Shown here: positions 48,700-64,000 of the stretch, in pieces
Numbering within the stretch: the first letter of the stretch is position 1
Layout: each line of letters begins with the position of its first letter
Assembly (NCBI RefSeq): GCF_009914755.1
Contig: NC_060932.1
Source of the DNA: the human T2T-CHM13v2.0 reference genome, Homo sapiens
DNA length: 64,000 bases
Reading direction: 5' to 3' (one strand)
The notes under the pieces: model-generated
The model's input: the letters and a program-made list of their open reading frames with translations, nothing else
What the model was told of the DNA's origin: nothing
Database searches by the model: none
Program-made: the position numbers and the translations under genes

Positions 48700-49255
48700 T
48701 GTTACAGGACAGGGGTCCCGATCCAGACCCCAAGAGAGGGTTTTTGGACCTTGAGCAGTAAAGAATTCAGTGCGACTCTGCAGGGCAAAGTGAAAGCAAG
48801 TTTATTAAGAAAGTAAAGGAATAAAAGAATGGCTACTCCAGAGACAGGGAAGCCCCAAGGGGCTGCTGGTTGCCCATTTTTTATGGTTATTTCTTGATGA
48901 TATGCTAAAAAAATGCATGGATTATTGATACCTCCCCTTTTTAGACCATATAGGGTAAATTCTTGACATTGTCATGGCATTTGTAAACTGTCATGGCATG
49001 GTGGGAGTGTAGCAGTGAGGACTACCAGAGGTCACTCTGGTTGCCATTTTGGTTTTGGTGGGTTTAGCCCAGCTCCTTTACTGCAACCTGTTTAATCAGC
49101 AAAGTCTTTATCACCTGCATTTTGTGCTGACCTCGTATCTCATCCTGTGACTTAGAATGCACTAACCATCTGGGAATGCAGCCCAGTAGGTTTCAGCCTC
49201 ATTTTACCCAGTTCCTATGTAAGATGGAGTTGCTGTGGTTCACATGCCTCTGACA
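48700..49255 (-). mobile_element. MER41A 5' LTR
   Basis: Direct-repeat partner of 36172-36725; tgttacagg...cctctgaca. Confidence 0.92.
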
Positions 49256-49925
49256 TAGCTGCCTAGTGTATTATATCCCCATATGTTATAAACCCAAGAA
49301 GATGATGCTGTAATTTTTGTTCTAAATAATCACTGGGATACTTTTCCTTTATTCGAGAAGACTTGAGTTGTTTTTCAGCCTGAAAAACTACCTTTTATAG
49401 TACAGGTTTGCTGGTGATAGATTCTCTTAGTTTTCTTTATTCTTTTTCTTTTTCTTTTTTTGGAAAGGGTTTTTTTTCATATTATTAGTTGTGAATATTT
49501 TATTTTTTGTTAAATTCTTTGTTGGATTTTTTTAAATTTTATTTCTAATTTTTGGCCTTCATAGTTAATGATGAACAGTCCATGATTAATTTAATTGTAG
49601 TTTCCTTGTATGTCATCTTTCACTTTTCTCTGGCTGCTTTTGAGATGTTTTTTTTCACCTTTGGTTACCAGCAGTTTGACTATAATATGCCTAGGCATGG
49701 TTTCTTTCTATTTATGGTGTTAGGGATATCTTGATGTTTTAAAAATTATCAAATTATGTCTTTCACCAAATTTGAGACATTTGAAACCATTATCTATTCA
49801 AATATAATTTTCTGTCCCATTATCTCTCTTCTCTTTTGGAAAGTCTAATTTTATTGATCTCTACCTACATATCATCTTTCTATGTATCTATTTATGTATG
49901 TATGTATGTCTCTATCTGTCTCTAT

Positions 49926-50354
49926 TGTGAAAGAGAAATATCTTGGGCCCTTTCAAGCTGGGAACCAGTAAAGGCAAATCCATCTCCTATTCTATTCGAG
50001 TCATCCCTTTGCTCACAGAGATAGATGCATATTCTGATTGCCTCCTTTGGAAAGACCTATCAGAAAATCAAAAGAATGCAACCATCTGTCTGTCACCTAC
50101 CTGTGACCTGGAAGCCTCCAGTGGTGGGGACTTGTTTTTAGCTGTCTCCACCTTTCTGGACAGAACTAACGTACTTCTTACATGTCGATAGATGTTTCAT
50201 GTCTCACTAAGATGTATGAGATCAAGCTGTGCCCGACCACCTTGGCCACATGTGGTCAGGACTTCTTGAGGCTGTGTCATGGGTGCATCCTCAACCTTGG
50301 AAAAATAAACTTTCTAAATTAACTGAGACCTGTCTCAAATTTTGGGGGTTCACA
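49926..50354 (+). mobile_element. ERV1 solo LTR, MER4A1-type
   Basis: tgtgaaag...atcttgggccc...aataaactttctaaattaactgagacctgtctca...ggttcaca; 4-bp TSD CTAT at 49922-49925 and 50355-50358. Confidence 0.85.
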
Positions 50355-50575
50355 CTATCTATCTATCGGATGTTTTGATATTGTCCCACAGTCCCTGAGG
50401 CTGTTCTTTTTAATTTTCTCTTCCTTATTCTTCAGTTTAGATTATTTCTTGTGATTTCTCTTCAAATATACTAAACTTTTGCTCTATCATCTCCAGTTTG
50501 CTATTAAGCCTATACAGTTAATTTAAAAAATGCTCTGTATTGTGTTTTGCAGTTTAAAATTTTCCATTTTATTCT

Positions 50576-50900
50576 TGTATTAATTTCCTAGGGCTGCTCT
50601 GACACAAACTGGCTGGCTTCAAACAACAGAAAGTTATTATTTCCTAGTTTTAGAGGCTAGAAGTATGTCATCATAGATTGGTAGGGCCATGTTCCTTCCA
50701 AAGTCTCTAGGGAAGAATGCTTCTTTGCCTCTTGTAGCTTCTGGTGATTGCAGGTGTTCTTTGACTGTGGCAACATAACCACAATCTCTACCTCCATCTT
50801 CCCATGACATTCTTCTTTCTGTCTCTTCTGTATCTCCTAGTCTCTTCCTATGAGGACACCAGTGACTGCAGTTAGAGTCCATCCTATTCCAGTCTGACCT
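50576..50900 (-). mobile_element. MaLR LTR fragment, MLT1C/D-like
   Basis: tgtattaatttcctagggctgct...aaacaacagaaa...agcttctggtg...tatgaggacaccagt. Confidence 0.7.
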
Positions 50901-51584
50901 TGTGAATGAATCATGGTTTCCTAGTTCTTGGCACATTGAGTAACTTTGGATTGAATTTTTTGGAGTTTGAATATTAGGCTGTGGAGTCCCTGGATTCTGC
51001 TGTTTTCTTTTGAAGCATGTGATACTTTTGTTCTAGCAAATAATTAACATGATTAGATTCAAACTGAAAACTCTGTTCTACCTACTGTGGGTGGCAGTTC
51101 AGATCTAAGTTTATTTTGAGGTGTTTTTCATTTGCTCGTTTATTTATAGACTGCTTCTTGCATGATAGGTTCAGTGGTAAGCTGGGACTTGGACACTGTT
51201 TGTATATAGAATGGGATATCCTCTTTCATCAATCTCTTTTGTCCAAGTTGTTCTCTCACTTTCTTGCTTCTCTGGCTGAACTGCCTTGTTTCTTTTATTA
51301 TCTTTTTTTATCCCTCCCCCTCTGCTACCCTTACACCCAAGTCCCAAAGTCCACTGTATCATTCTTATGCCTTTGCATCTTCATAGCTTACCTTCCACAT
51401 GTTTGTTTCATTTTCCATTCTTGAGTTACTTTACTTAGAATAATAGTCTCCAATCTCATCCAAGTCACTGCAAATGCCATTAATTCATTTCTTTTAATGG
51501 CTGAGTAGTATTCCATCATATATATATATATGATGATATATGTGATATATATGTATCAATCACATATATATGTGATATATATCA

Positions 51585-51618
<34 letters not shown>

Positions 51619-51934
51619 ACAGTTTGTTTATCCACTTGTTGATTAATGAACATTTGGATTGGTTCCACGATTTTGCAATTGCCAATTATGCCGCTATAAA
51701 CATGCGTGTGTAGTATCTTTTTCATATAATGACGTATTTTCCTCTGGGTAGATACCCAGTAGTGGGATTGCTGAATCAAATGATAGTTCTACTTTTAGTT
51801 ATTTAAGGAATCTCCACATTGTTTTCCATAGTGGTTATACTAGTTTACATTCCTACCAGCAGTGTAGAAGTGTTCCCTGATCACCGCATCCACACCAACA
51901 TCTGCTGTTTTTTGATTTTTTGATTATGGCCATT

Positions 51935-55747
<3,813 letters not shown>

Positions 55748-58700
55748 TTTGACTATGGCCATTCTTGCGGGTGTAAGATGATATCAAATTGTGTTTTTTG
55801 TTTTTGTTTTTTTTGTATTCCCTTGATTGTTAGTGAAGTTGAGCACTGTTTATATTTTTTTGTCATTTGTATATCTTCTTTTGATAATAATATATTCAGA
55901 TCCTTAGCCCAGTTTTTGATGGGATTGTTAGTCTTTTTCTTATTGATTTGTTAGAGTTTGTTGTAGATTCTGGATATTAGTCCTTTGTTAGATGTACAGA
56001 TTGTGAAGATTTTCTCCCACTCTGTGGGTTGTCTGTTTACTCTGCTGATTGTTCCTTTTGTTGTGCAAAAGCTCTTTAGTTTATTTAAGTCCCAACTATT
56101 TATTTTTGTTTTTATTGCATTTACTTTTGAGTTCTTGGTCATGAAATCCTTTCCTAAGCCAACGTCTAGAAGGGTTTTTCCAATGTTATCTTCTAGAATT
56201 TTTATAGTTTCAAGTGTTAGATTTAAGTCCTTAATCCATCTTGAGCTGATTTTTGTATAAGGTGAGAGAGGAGGATTCAGTTTCATTCTGCTACATGTCA
56301 CTAGACAATTGTCTTAGTACCATTTGTTGAAAAGGGTGTTCTTTCCCCACTTTATGTTTTTGTTTGCTTTGTCAAAGATCAGTTGGCTGTAAGTATTTGG
56401 GTTCATTTCTGGGTTCTCTACTCTATTCTGTTGGTCTATATGCCTATTTTTATACCAGTACCATGCTGTTTTGGTGACTATGGCCTTATAATATAGTTTG
56501 AAATTGGGTAATGTGATGCCTTCAGATTTGTTCTTTTTGCTTAGTTTTGCTTTGGCTATGCAGGCTCTTTTTTGGTTCCATATGAATTTTACAATTGTTT
56601 TTTCTAATTCTGTGAAGAATGATGGTGGTATTTTGATTGGAATTGCATTGAATTTTTTGATAGCTTTTGGCAGTATGGTCATTTTCACAATATGAATTTT
56701 ACCCATCCAAAAGAATGGGAGTGTTTCCATTTGTTTGTGTCATCTATGATTTTTTTTTCAGCAGTGTTTTGTAGTTTTCCTTGTAGAGAGGTCTTTCAAC
56801 TCCTTGGTTAGGTATATTCCTAAGTATTTTTTATTTTTATTTTTGCAGCTATGGTAAAAGGGTTTGATTTCTTCATTTGATTCTTTACTTGGTCACTGTT
56901 GGTATATAGAATAGCTGCTGATTTGTGTACATTAATTTTGTATCCAGAAACTTTGCTGAATTCTTTTATCAGATCTAGGAGCTTTCTGAAGGAGTCCTTA
57001 GGGTTTTCAAGGTAAATGATCATATTGTCAACAAACAGTGATAGTTTTCCTTTCTCTTTACCAATTTGGATGCCCTTTATTTCTTTCTCTCGTCTAATTG
57101 TTCTGGCTAGGATTCCCAGTACTATGTTGAAGAGGAGTGGTGAGAGTAAGCATCCTTGTCTTGTTCCAGTTCTCAGAGAGAATGCTTTCAATTTTTCCCC
57201 ATTCAGTATTATGTTGGCTGTGGGTTTGTCATAGATGACTTTTATTGCGTTGAAGTGTGTCCCTTGTACACTGATTTTGCTGAGAGTTTTAATCATGTAG
57301 GGATGTTGGATTTTGTTGAATGTGTTTTCTGCATTTATTGAATGATTGTGTGATTTTTATTTTAAATTCTGTTTATGTGGTGTATCACATTTATTGACTT
57401 GCATATGTCAAGCCATCCCTGTATCCGTGGTATGAAATCCACTTGATCATATAGAACTATCCTTGTGATATGTTGTTGGATTCAGTTAGCTAGTATTTGG
57501 GATTTTAGCATTTATATTCATCAGGAATATCAGTCTGTAGTTTTCTTTCTTGGTTGTGTCCTTTCCTGGTTTTGGTATTAGGGTGCTGCTGTCTTCATAA
57601 AAAGACTTAGGGAGGGTTCCCTCTTTCTCTATCTTGTGGAATATTGTAATAGGATTGGTACCAATTCTTCTTTGAATGTCTGGTAGAATTCTGCTGTGAA
57701 TCCATCTTGTCCTGGACTTTTTTTGGTGGTAATTTTTAAATTACCATTTCAATCTCATTGTTTGTTATTGTTCTGTTCAGGGTATCTGATTCTTCCTGAT
57801 TTAAGCTAGGGGGATTGTATCTTTCCAGGCATTTGTCCATCTCTTCTAGGTTTTCTAGTTTATGTATTTAAAGTGTTCATAGTAGCCTTGACTGATCTTT
57901 TGTATTTCTGTGGTGTCAGTTGTAATGTCTCCTGTTTCATTTCTTATTGAGCTTATTTGGATTTTCTCTGTTCTTTTCTTGGTTAATCTTGCTAATGGTC
58001 TATCAATTTTATTTATCTTTTCAAAGAACCAGCTTTGTGTTTCATTAGCTTTTGTAATTTTTTTTGTTTCATTTTGATTTAGTTCCACTCTGATCTTGGT
58101 TATTTCCTTTCTTCTGCTGGGTTTGGGTTTGGTTTTTTCTTGTTTCTCTAATCCTTTGAGGTTGGACCTTAGATTGCCTATTGGTGCTCTTTCAGTCTTA
58201 TTGATGTAGGTGTTTAGGATTATGAACTTTCCTTTTAGCACTGCCTTTGTTGTATCCCAGATGTTTGGATAGGGTGTGTCACTATTGTTATTCAGTTCAT
58301 ATAATTTTTTAGTTTCCATCTTGATTTCATTTTTGACCCAATGATCATTCAGGAGCATGTTATTTAATTTCCATGTATTTGCATGGTTTTGAATGTTACT
58401 TTTGGAGTTGGTTTTCAGTTTTACTCCACTGTGGTCTGAGAGAGTGCTTGATATAATGTCAATTTTCTTAAATTTATTGAGACTCATTTTGTGGTCTATC
58501 ATATGGTCTGTCCTGGAGAAAGTTCCATGCACTGTTGAATAGAATGTGTATTCTGCAGTTGTTGGATAGAATATTCTATATATATCTGTTAAGTCCATTT
58601 GTTCCAAGGTATGGTTTATATCCATCGTTTCTTTGTTGACTTTCTGTCTCGTTGACCTGTCTAGTGCTGTCAGTGGAGTATTGAAGTCCCCCACTATTAT

Positions 58701-59050
58701 TGTGTTGCTATTTATCTTATTCCTTAGGTCTGTTAGTAATTGTTTTATAAATTTGGGAGCTCCAGTGTTAGGTGCATATATGTTTATGATTGTAATATTT
58801 TCCTGTTTGACAAGGCCTTTTACCATTATATAATGTTCCTCTTTGTCTTTTTAAACGATAGTTGCCTTAAAATTTGTTTTGTCTGATATAAGAATAGCTA
58901 CTCCAGCTCCCTTTTGGTGTCCATTTGCATGAGATGCCTTTTTCCACCCCTTTAAGTTTAGGTGGGTCCTTATGTGTTGAGTGAGTCTCTTGAAGGCAGC
59001 AGATAGTGGATTGGTGAATTCGTATCCATTCTGCAGTTATGTATCTTTTA

Positions 59051-59344
59051 TTATTATTATTATTTTTTGAGATGGAGTTTCTGTCACTCAGACTGGAGGA
59101 CAGTGGCACAATCTTGGCTCACCACAACCTCCACCTGGTGGGTTCAAGCATTCTCCTGCCTCAGCCCCCCAAGTAGCTGGGATTATAGATGCCTCCACCA
59201 AGGCTGGCTAATTTTTGTATTTTTAGGAGAGACAGGGTTTCACCATGTTGGCCAAGCTGGTCTCAAACTCCTGACTTCAGATGATCCACCTGCCTTGGCC
59301 TCCCAAAATGCTGAGATTACAGGTGTGAACCACTGCGCCCAGCC
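59051..59344 (-). mobile_element. AluS
   Basis: (TTA)n tail; perfect 17-bp TSD cagttatgtatctttta at 59034-59050 and 59345-59361. Confidence 0.92.
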
Positions 59345-62300
59345 CAGTTATGTATCTTTTAAGTGGAGCATTTAGGCCATTTACATTCAATGTTAGTATT
59401 GAGATGTGAGGTACCATTCCATTCATCATGCTATTTGTTGCCTGTGTACCTTGGTTTTTTGGTTCTTGTTTTTGTTTTTTAAATTGTATTTTTGTTTTAT
59501 AGGTCCTGTGAGATTTATGCTTTAAAGAAGTTCTGTTCTGATGTGTTTCCAGGATTTGTTTCAAGATTTAGAGTTCCTTTTAGCAGTTCTTGTAGTGGGG
59601 GCTTTGTAGTGGTGAGTTCTCTCAACATTTGTTTGTCTGAAAAAGACTGTATCTTTCTTTCATATATGAAGCTTAGTTTTGCTGGGTACAGAATTATTGG
59701 CTGATAATTGTTTTGTTTGAGGAGGCTACAAATTGGGCCCCAATCCCTTCTAGCTTGTAGGGTTTCCTCTGTGATATTCATTGTTAATCTGATAGGTTTT
59801 CCTTTATAGGTTGCCTGGTGTTTTGTCTCACAGCTGTTAAGATTATTACCTTTGTCTTAACTTTAGGTAACCTGACAACAATGTACCTAGGCAATGATCT
59901 TTTTATGATGAATTTCTCAGGTGTTCTTTGTGCTTCTTGTATTTGGATGTCTAGGTCTCTAGCAAGGCTGGGGAAGTTTTCCTTGATTATTCCCCCAAAT
60001 ATGTTTTCCAAACTTTTAGATTTCTCTTCTTCCTCAGGAACAACAATTATTCTTAAGTTTAGTCATTTAATATAATCCAGGACTTCTTGGAGGCTTTGTT
60101 CATATTTTCTTATTCTTTCTTCTTTGTCTTTGTTGGATTGGGTTAATTCAAAGACCTTTTCTTTGAGCTCTGAATTTCTTTCTTCTACTTGTTAAATTGA
60201 ATTGCTGAGACTTTCCAGAGCATTTTGCATTTCTGTAAGTGTGTCCAATGTGTCCTAAAGTTTTGATTATTTTTATTTATACTATTTCATTGAATATTTC
60301 TCCTTTCACTTCTTGTGCCTTTTTTTTTTTTTTTTTTTTTTTTGTATTTCCTTGCACTGGGCTTTGCCTTTTTCTGGTGCCTCCCTGATTAGCTTAATAA
60401 CTACCATCCTGAATTCTTTTTCAGGTAAATCAGGGATCTTTCTTTCTCTCTCTTTTTTTTTTTTTTTTTTTTGGTTAGGATCTATTGTGGTGAGTCATTG
60501 TGATTTTTTAGGGGTGTTAAAGAGCCTTGTTGCATCGTATTACCAGAGTAGACTTTCTGGTTCCTTTTCATCTGGGTAGGCTTTGTCAGAGGAAAGGGCT
60601 AGAGCTGAAGGCTGTTTTTCAGATTCTTTTGTCCCTCAGGGTATTCCCTTGATGTAGTACTCTTCCCATTTTCCTATGGATGTGGCTTCCTGAGATCTGA
60701 GCCGTAGTGATTGTTATCTCTTTTCTGGGTTTAGCTACCCAGCAAGTCTACCAGGCTCCAGGATGGTACTGGGAGCTGTCTTCAGAGAGTCCTGTGATGT
60801 GAACCATCTATGGGTCTCTCAGCTGTGTATACCGGTACAGTATTTGGGGGGTCTTCAGGGTTCTGCAGGAACAATCCACTTCCTTCAGACAGTCTGTGGG
60901 TCCTCTCAGGTTTCCTGATTTATTCCTGCAGTCATTCTGGAGCTAAAATTTATGATGCGGGCCTCCACACACTGCTCTGTCTGTTGGAGTCAGAGCTGCA
61001 ATTTAGTCCTGGCTCTCATCCACCATGATGGAATTCAGTCTGCCTTGCTTCTTTCTTATACCAGAAAGATGGAAGGTTTTCTATAGGAGCTTGAGTCACT
61101 TTAGCCCATGTTACAATGCCAGCCTGCCCTCAGGCCAAAGCTACCAAGACAGAGGATTCTCCCTTGGAAAGTTTATATTTCCAATTGTCTGCTCCCATCC
61201 AAAATAGATGGCTTTCGTGCATACTTCAAACTCCTAAAGTAGTTGTTTTATGGTATTTTGCCAAGAGTTTATAACAATAAATAGGTGCAGGAAGTTCAGC
61301 CCACTGAAAACTTATTCCACTGTATCAAAAGCGAAACTTTACAATATCTATTAGGCATATCTAGTACTTTTGCATTCTAGCCTTAATATCTTAAAGTCTT
61401 GTTCATATTTCTTAAGTTTATATCTCTCTGTATTGCATTCTGGGTAAATTTATTGAGTCTATCTTCTAAATTTTAATTATCCATTCACTTTGCAAGTTAA
61501 TTTGAGGTTTCTGCAATGTGGTAGGCTGAGCTAACTTGAGCAACATTTACCTCCCAAACACAGAGATATTCTGGATTATATACCTTAATTTTTAAGGAAG
61601 CATATGGCTCAGCATTGTAAAGTTCATTTTGAGTGATTTGGGATAATTTGTGAAGACAATTGTAGAAAATCAAACTCAACTTTATTCTAAAAATAATTTC
61701 ATTTCTTTTTATCTAAATTCAATTGTGTTTTATAAACTAATTTTTGCCTTTTATTATTTGATTAATAACTTGTTAGTATTTATTTTTAGAGATAAATTAT
61801 GGTTTCACTTCCCATTTATGTTAGCTAGTAGAAAATACATGATAAATTTATAAAAAATAATAACTAAGGAAATTAATGAAGAGGTAATACCTCTTTTAAG
61901 GACAGCAATAATGAGTTTGTTTATATTTTGCTTTATTTCATTAACTGTACCTCTTTGGGAAATATTCTTTTTTTCTCTAAGTGGATTTCTTTTATTATTT
62001 GTGGACTCTATTCTTGACTTTCTATATCCATACCCATATCCAAAATGGCATAGGATAGCATAATTTATCTTTGTAAATTACTTTCAAAAATCATGATCAT
62101 CTTACTAATTATATTGTCTGAAAAATTTGCATTGACTCTAGTCACATTTACACAGTAACATTTACCACAGATATAATAACTCCATTTCCTGTATCCCTGG
62201 CCAAACACCAGTTTCAGCCAAAGTCGTCTGCATCTGCCCATATAAATCATTTCATAAATTAGAGTCAGCATTCCTCGCAGAACATGAATTTATTTTTGAA

Positions 62301-62649
62301 TCCAGACAAAATAAATCATAAGGAGCCATGAGGTTGGGACTGCAGCCTAATTTTTACTAAGTCCCTTCAATAATGCAGTTTAAAGTTTCACATTCATAAT
62401 AAAAATACTGTAAAATTATGCCCATCTTAATTGTTTTTTTCTCTTCTCATATTATGCAAATATACTACTTATCTAGAAGGTCTCCCCCTTTTCTTCTCAA
62501 GATCTTTGTGCTTTTATGTGCTGCTTAATTTTATTTATGACTTTCAGGTTTCTTTAGAAGGCCTTGTGGCACGTTAACAAGTGTTTTCGATATTTTGGTG
62601 TTAAAGAAGATGGACTTTGGATTTAGTAACAACATGTCACCCATCACAT

Positions 62650-62790
62650 ATATTCATTCTTTTAATATTTATTAATCCATTAAATATTCATTGAGTGCCT
62701 ACCATGAGTCAAGTATTTGATAGCGACAAATGTTATGTTTTCTGCTCTTAATTGCACAGTCAAATGAGTGAGACAAATACTGATATATTT
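62650..62790 (-). mobile_element. Probable L2 3'-end remnant
   Basis: attcattc...aaatattcattgagtgcctaccatg resembles the L2 3' end in antisense. Confidence 0.45.
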
Positions 62791-64000
62791 GAGATAAGTG
62801 CTGAAAACGGGGTATGTGCATGGAAATTACATCTTCACTGGCTATTGCTAGCTAATAGTCTAGTGGAAACCTATATCAGATGAAAGGCTGTCAGCAATCC
62901 CTGTTCACGTTACTAAAGTTATCACTTTTGTAGCTGCTCAAATTCTTTTTTTTTATTGGCTAGAAATTATGTAAATTGTTTCCTCCATATGTCTGAAATG
63001 TAAGGATGATTGTTTTTAACATAAATTTTTAAACTTGTCCAAGCAGTGTAAACAGCATAAAAGGTGAAAAGTGGGAATGTCACATGTCACACTGTATCAG
63101 GGTAATGAGATGTCTAACGTAGACCCATAGGCACACAACCTGGAAAGCACTTATTCATATTCATGTTCTTGATAATTTCCCATTTATAATATAGTATAAG
63201 CAAGGAAAACTATTTCTTTCAATAGAATCATGGGTCAACTCAAGGTAAGCCATTATTCTATAAAAACATGGTTCAGAAATAACCTAATTAGGGCTTATAA
63301 CCACATTTCTAAGGGCTACTGTTCTGTTATTATGTGTAAAATATAGGAACACTTTCCAATAATGTGAAAATAAGGAAAACTGATATGAAATCTACAGGAG
63401 TAAGCTAACAATTTTCCAGACAATGGAATTATATATTTTGCATTATTTTTCTGAAGAACTATAGGCTTTGGTTACTTGGGACAGCTTTTTTTTTTTTTTC
63501 TTGCCTTTCCTAGCAGAGCTGCAGATTTAATTTTATCGGTATGAGAAATATGAAGCTAGGGAATTTAATAATTGTTTCACTAGGTAAGAGATGAAGTAAA
63601 TTCCATTGCCTTTCATTTGATTACAATCTTCCCTGCTGGTTTAATTAAAAACATCCATGTGAGGAAGAAGAAACATGGTACAGGATCTAATTGTTTTATT
63701 GTATTGAATGTAGAGTAGGAACAATGAAACCAAAAGGTTTATAGTTGTAAAACTTAAATGTTTCATGTAAATCTAAATTGCAGACACAGGTCAGCTATAG
63801 ACAAATGTCAGTAGACTAGATTCAAAATGCACTGCAGGCAGAAAAGATGACATTTATCAGTCATCCATACATCAGTAACTAAAACAATTTTAGGGTTGTC
63901 TAGACAGGCATTTATTATTTCTTAAATTTAAATCTTTAGTAGAAGGACAACAGGAGGCATGGTATCTATATTTAGTTTCACAAGAAATGAGGAAAAGGCC

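Noticed and set aside
51515-51617. AT-rich quasi-palindrome
   Set aside because: Expanded (TA)n microsatellite within the L1PB 3' region.

Overview
AT-rich, repeat-dense primate genomic DNA, most likely human because it carries an L1HS-type LINE-1. No host protein-coding gene could be identified. Most of the window is retroelement-derived: L1 copies of many ages, Alus, and LTR elements (MLT2A, THE1, MER61-like, MER41A, MER4A, MLT1). Nearly all long ORFs in the track are L1 ORF1/ORF2 or Alu/L1 antisense frames. The main structure is a four-layer nest at 36.2-49.3 kb. An old L1M is interrupted by a complete MER41A provirus (two LTRs, PBS, PPT, 4-bp TSD). The provirus is interrupted by a TSD-flanked ~1.6-kb retrocopy of a cellular mRNA 3' UTR. 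The retrocopy is interrupted by a full-length L1HS pre-Ta-type element with one nonsense codon in each ORF and an intact antisense ORF0. Other notable items are an L1PA4/5 with a 2.2-kb internal deletion inside an L1PB, a fold-back repair scar in an old L1, a diverged non-repeat duplication, and candidate micro-exons in the unique island at ~21.6-33.5 kb. Subfamily names come from recalled consensus features, and the boundaries of old repeats are approximate.
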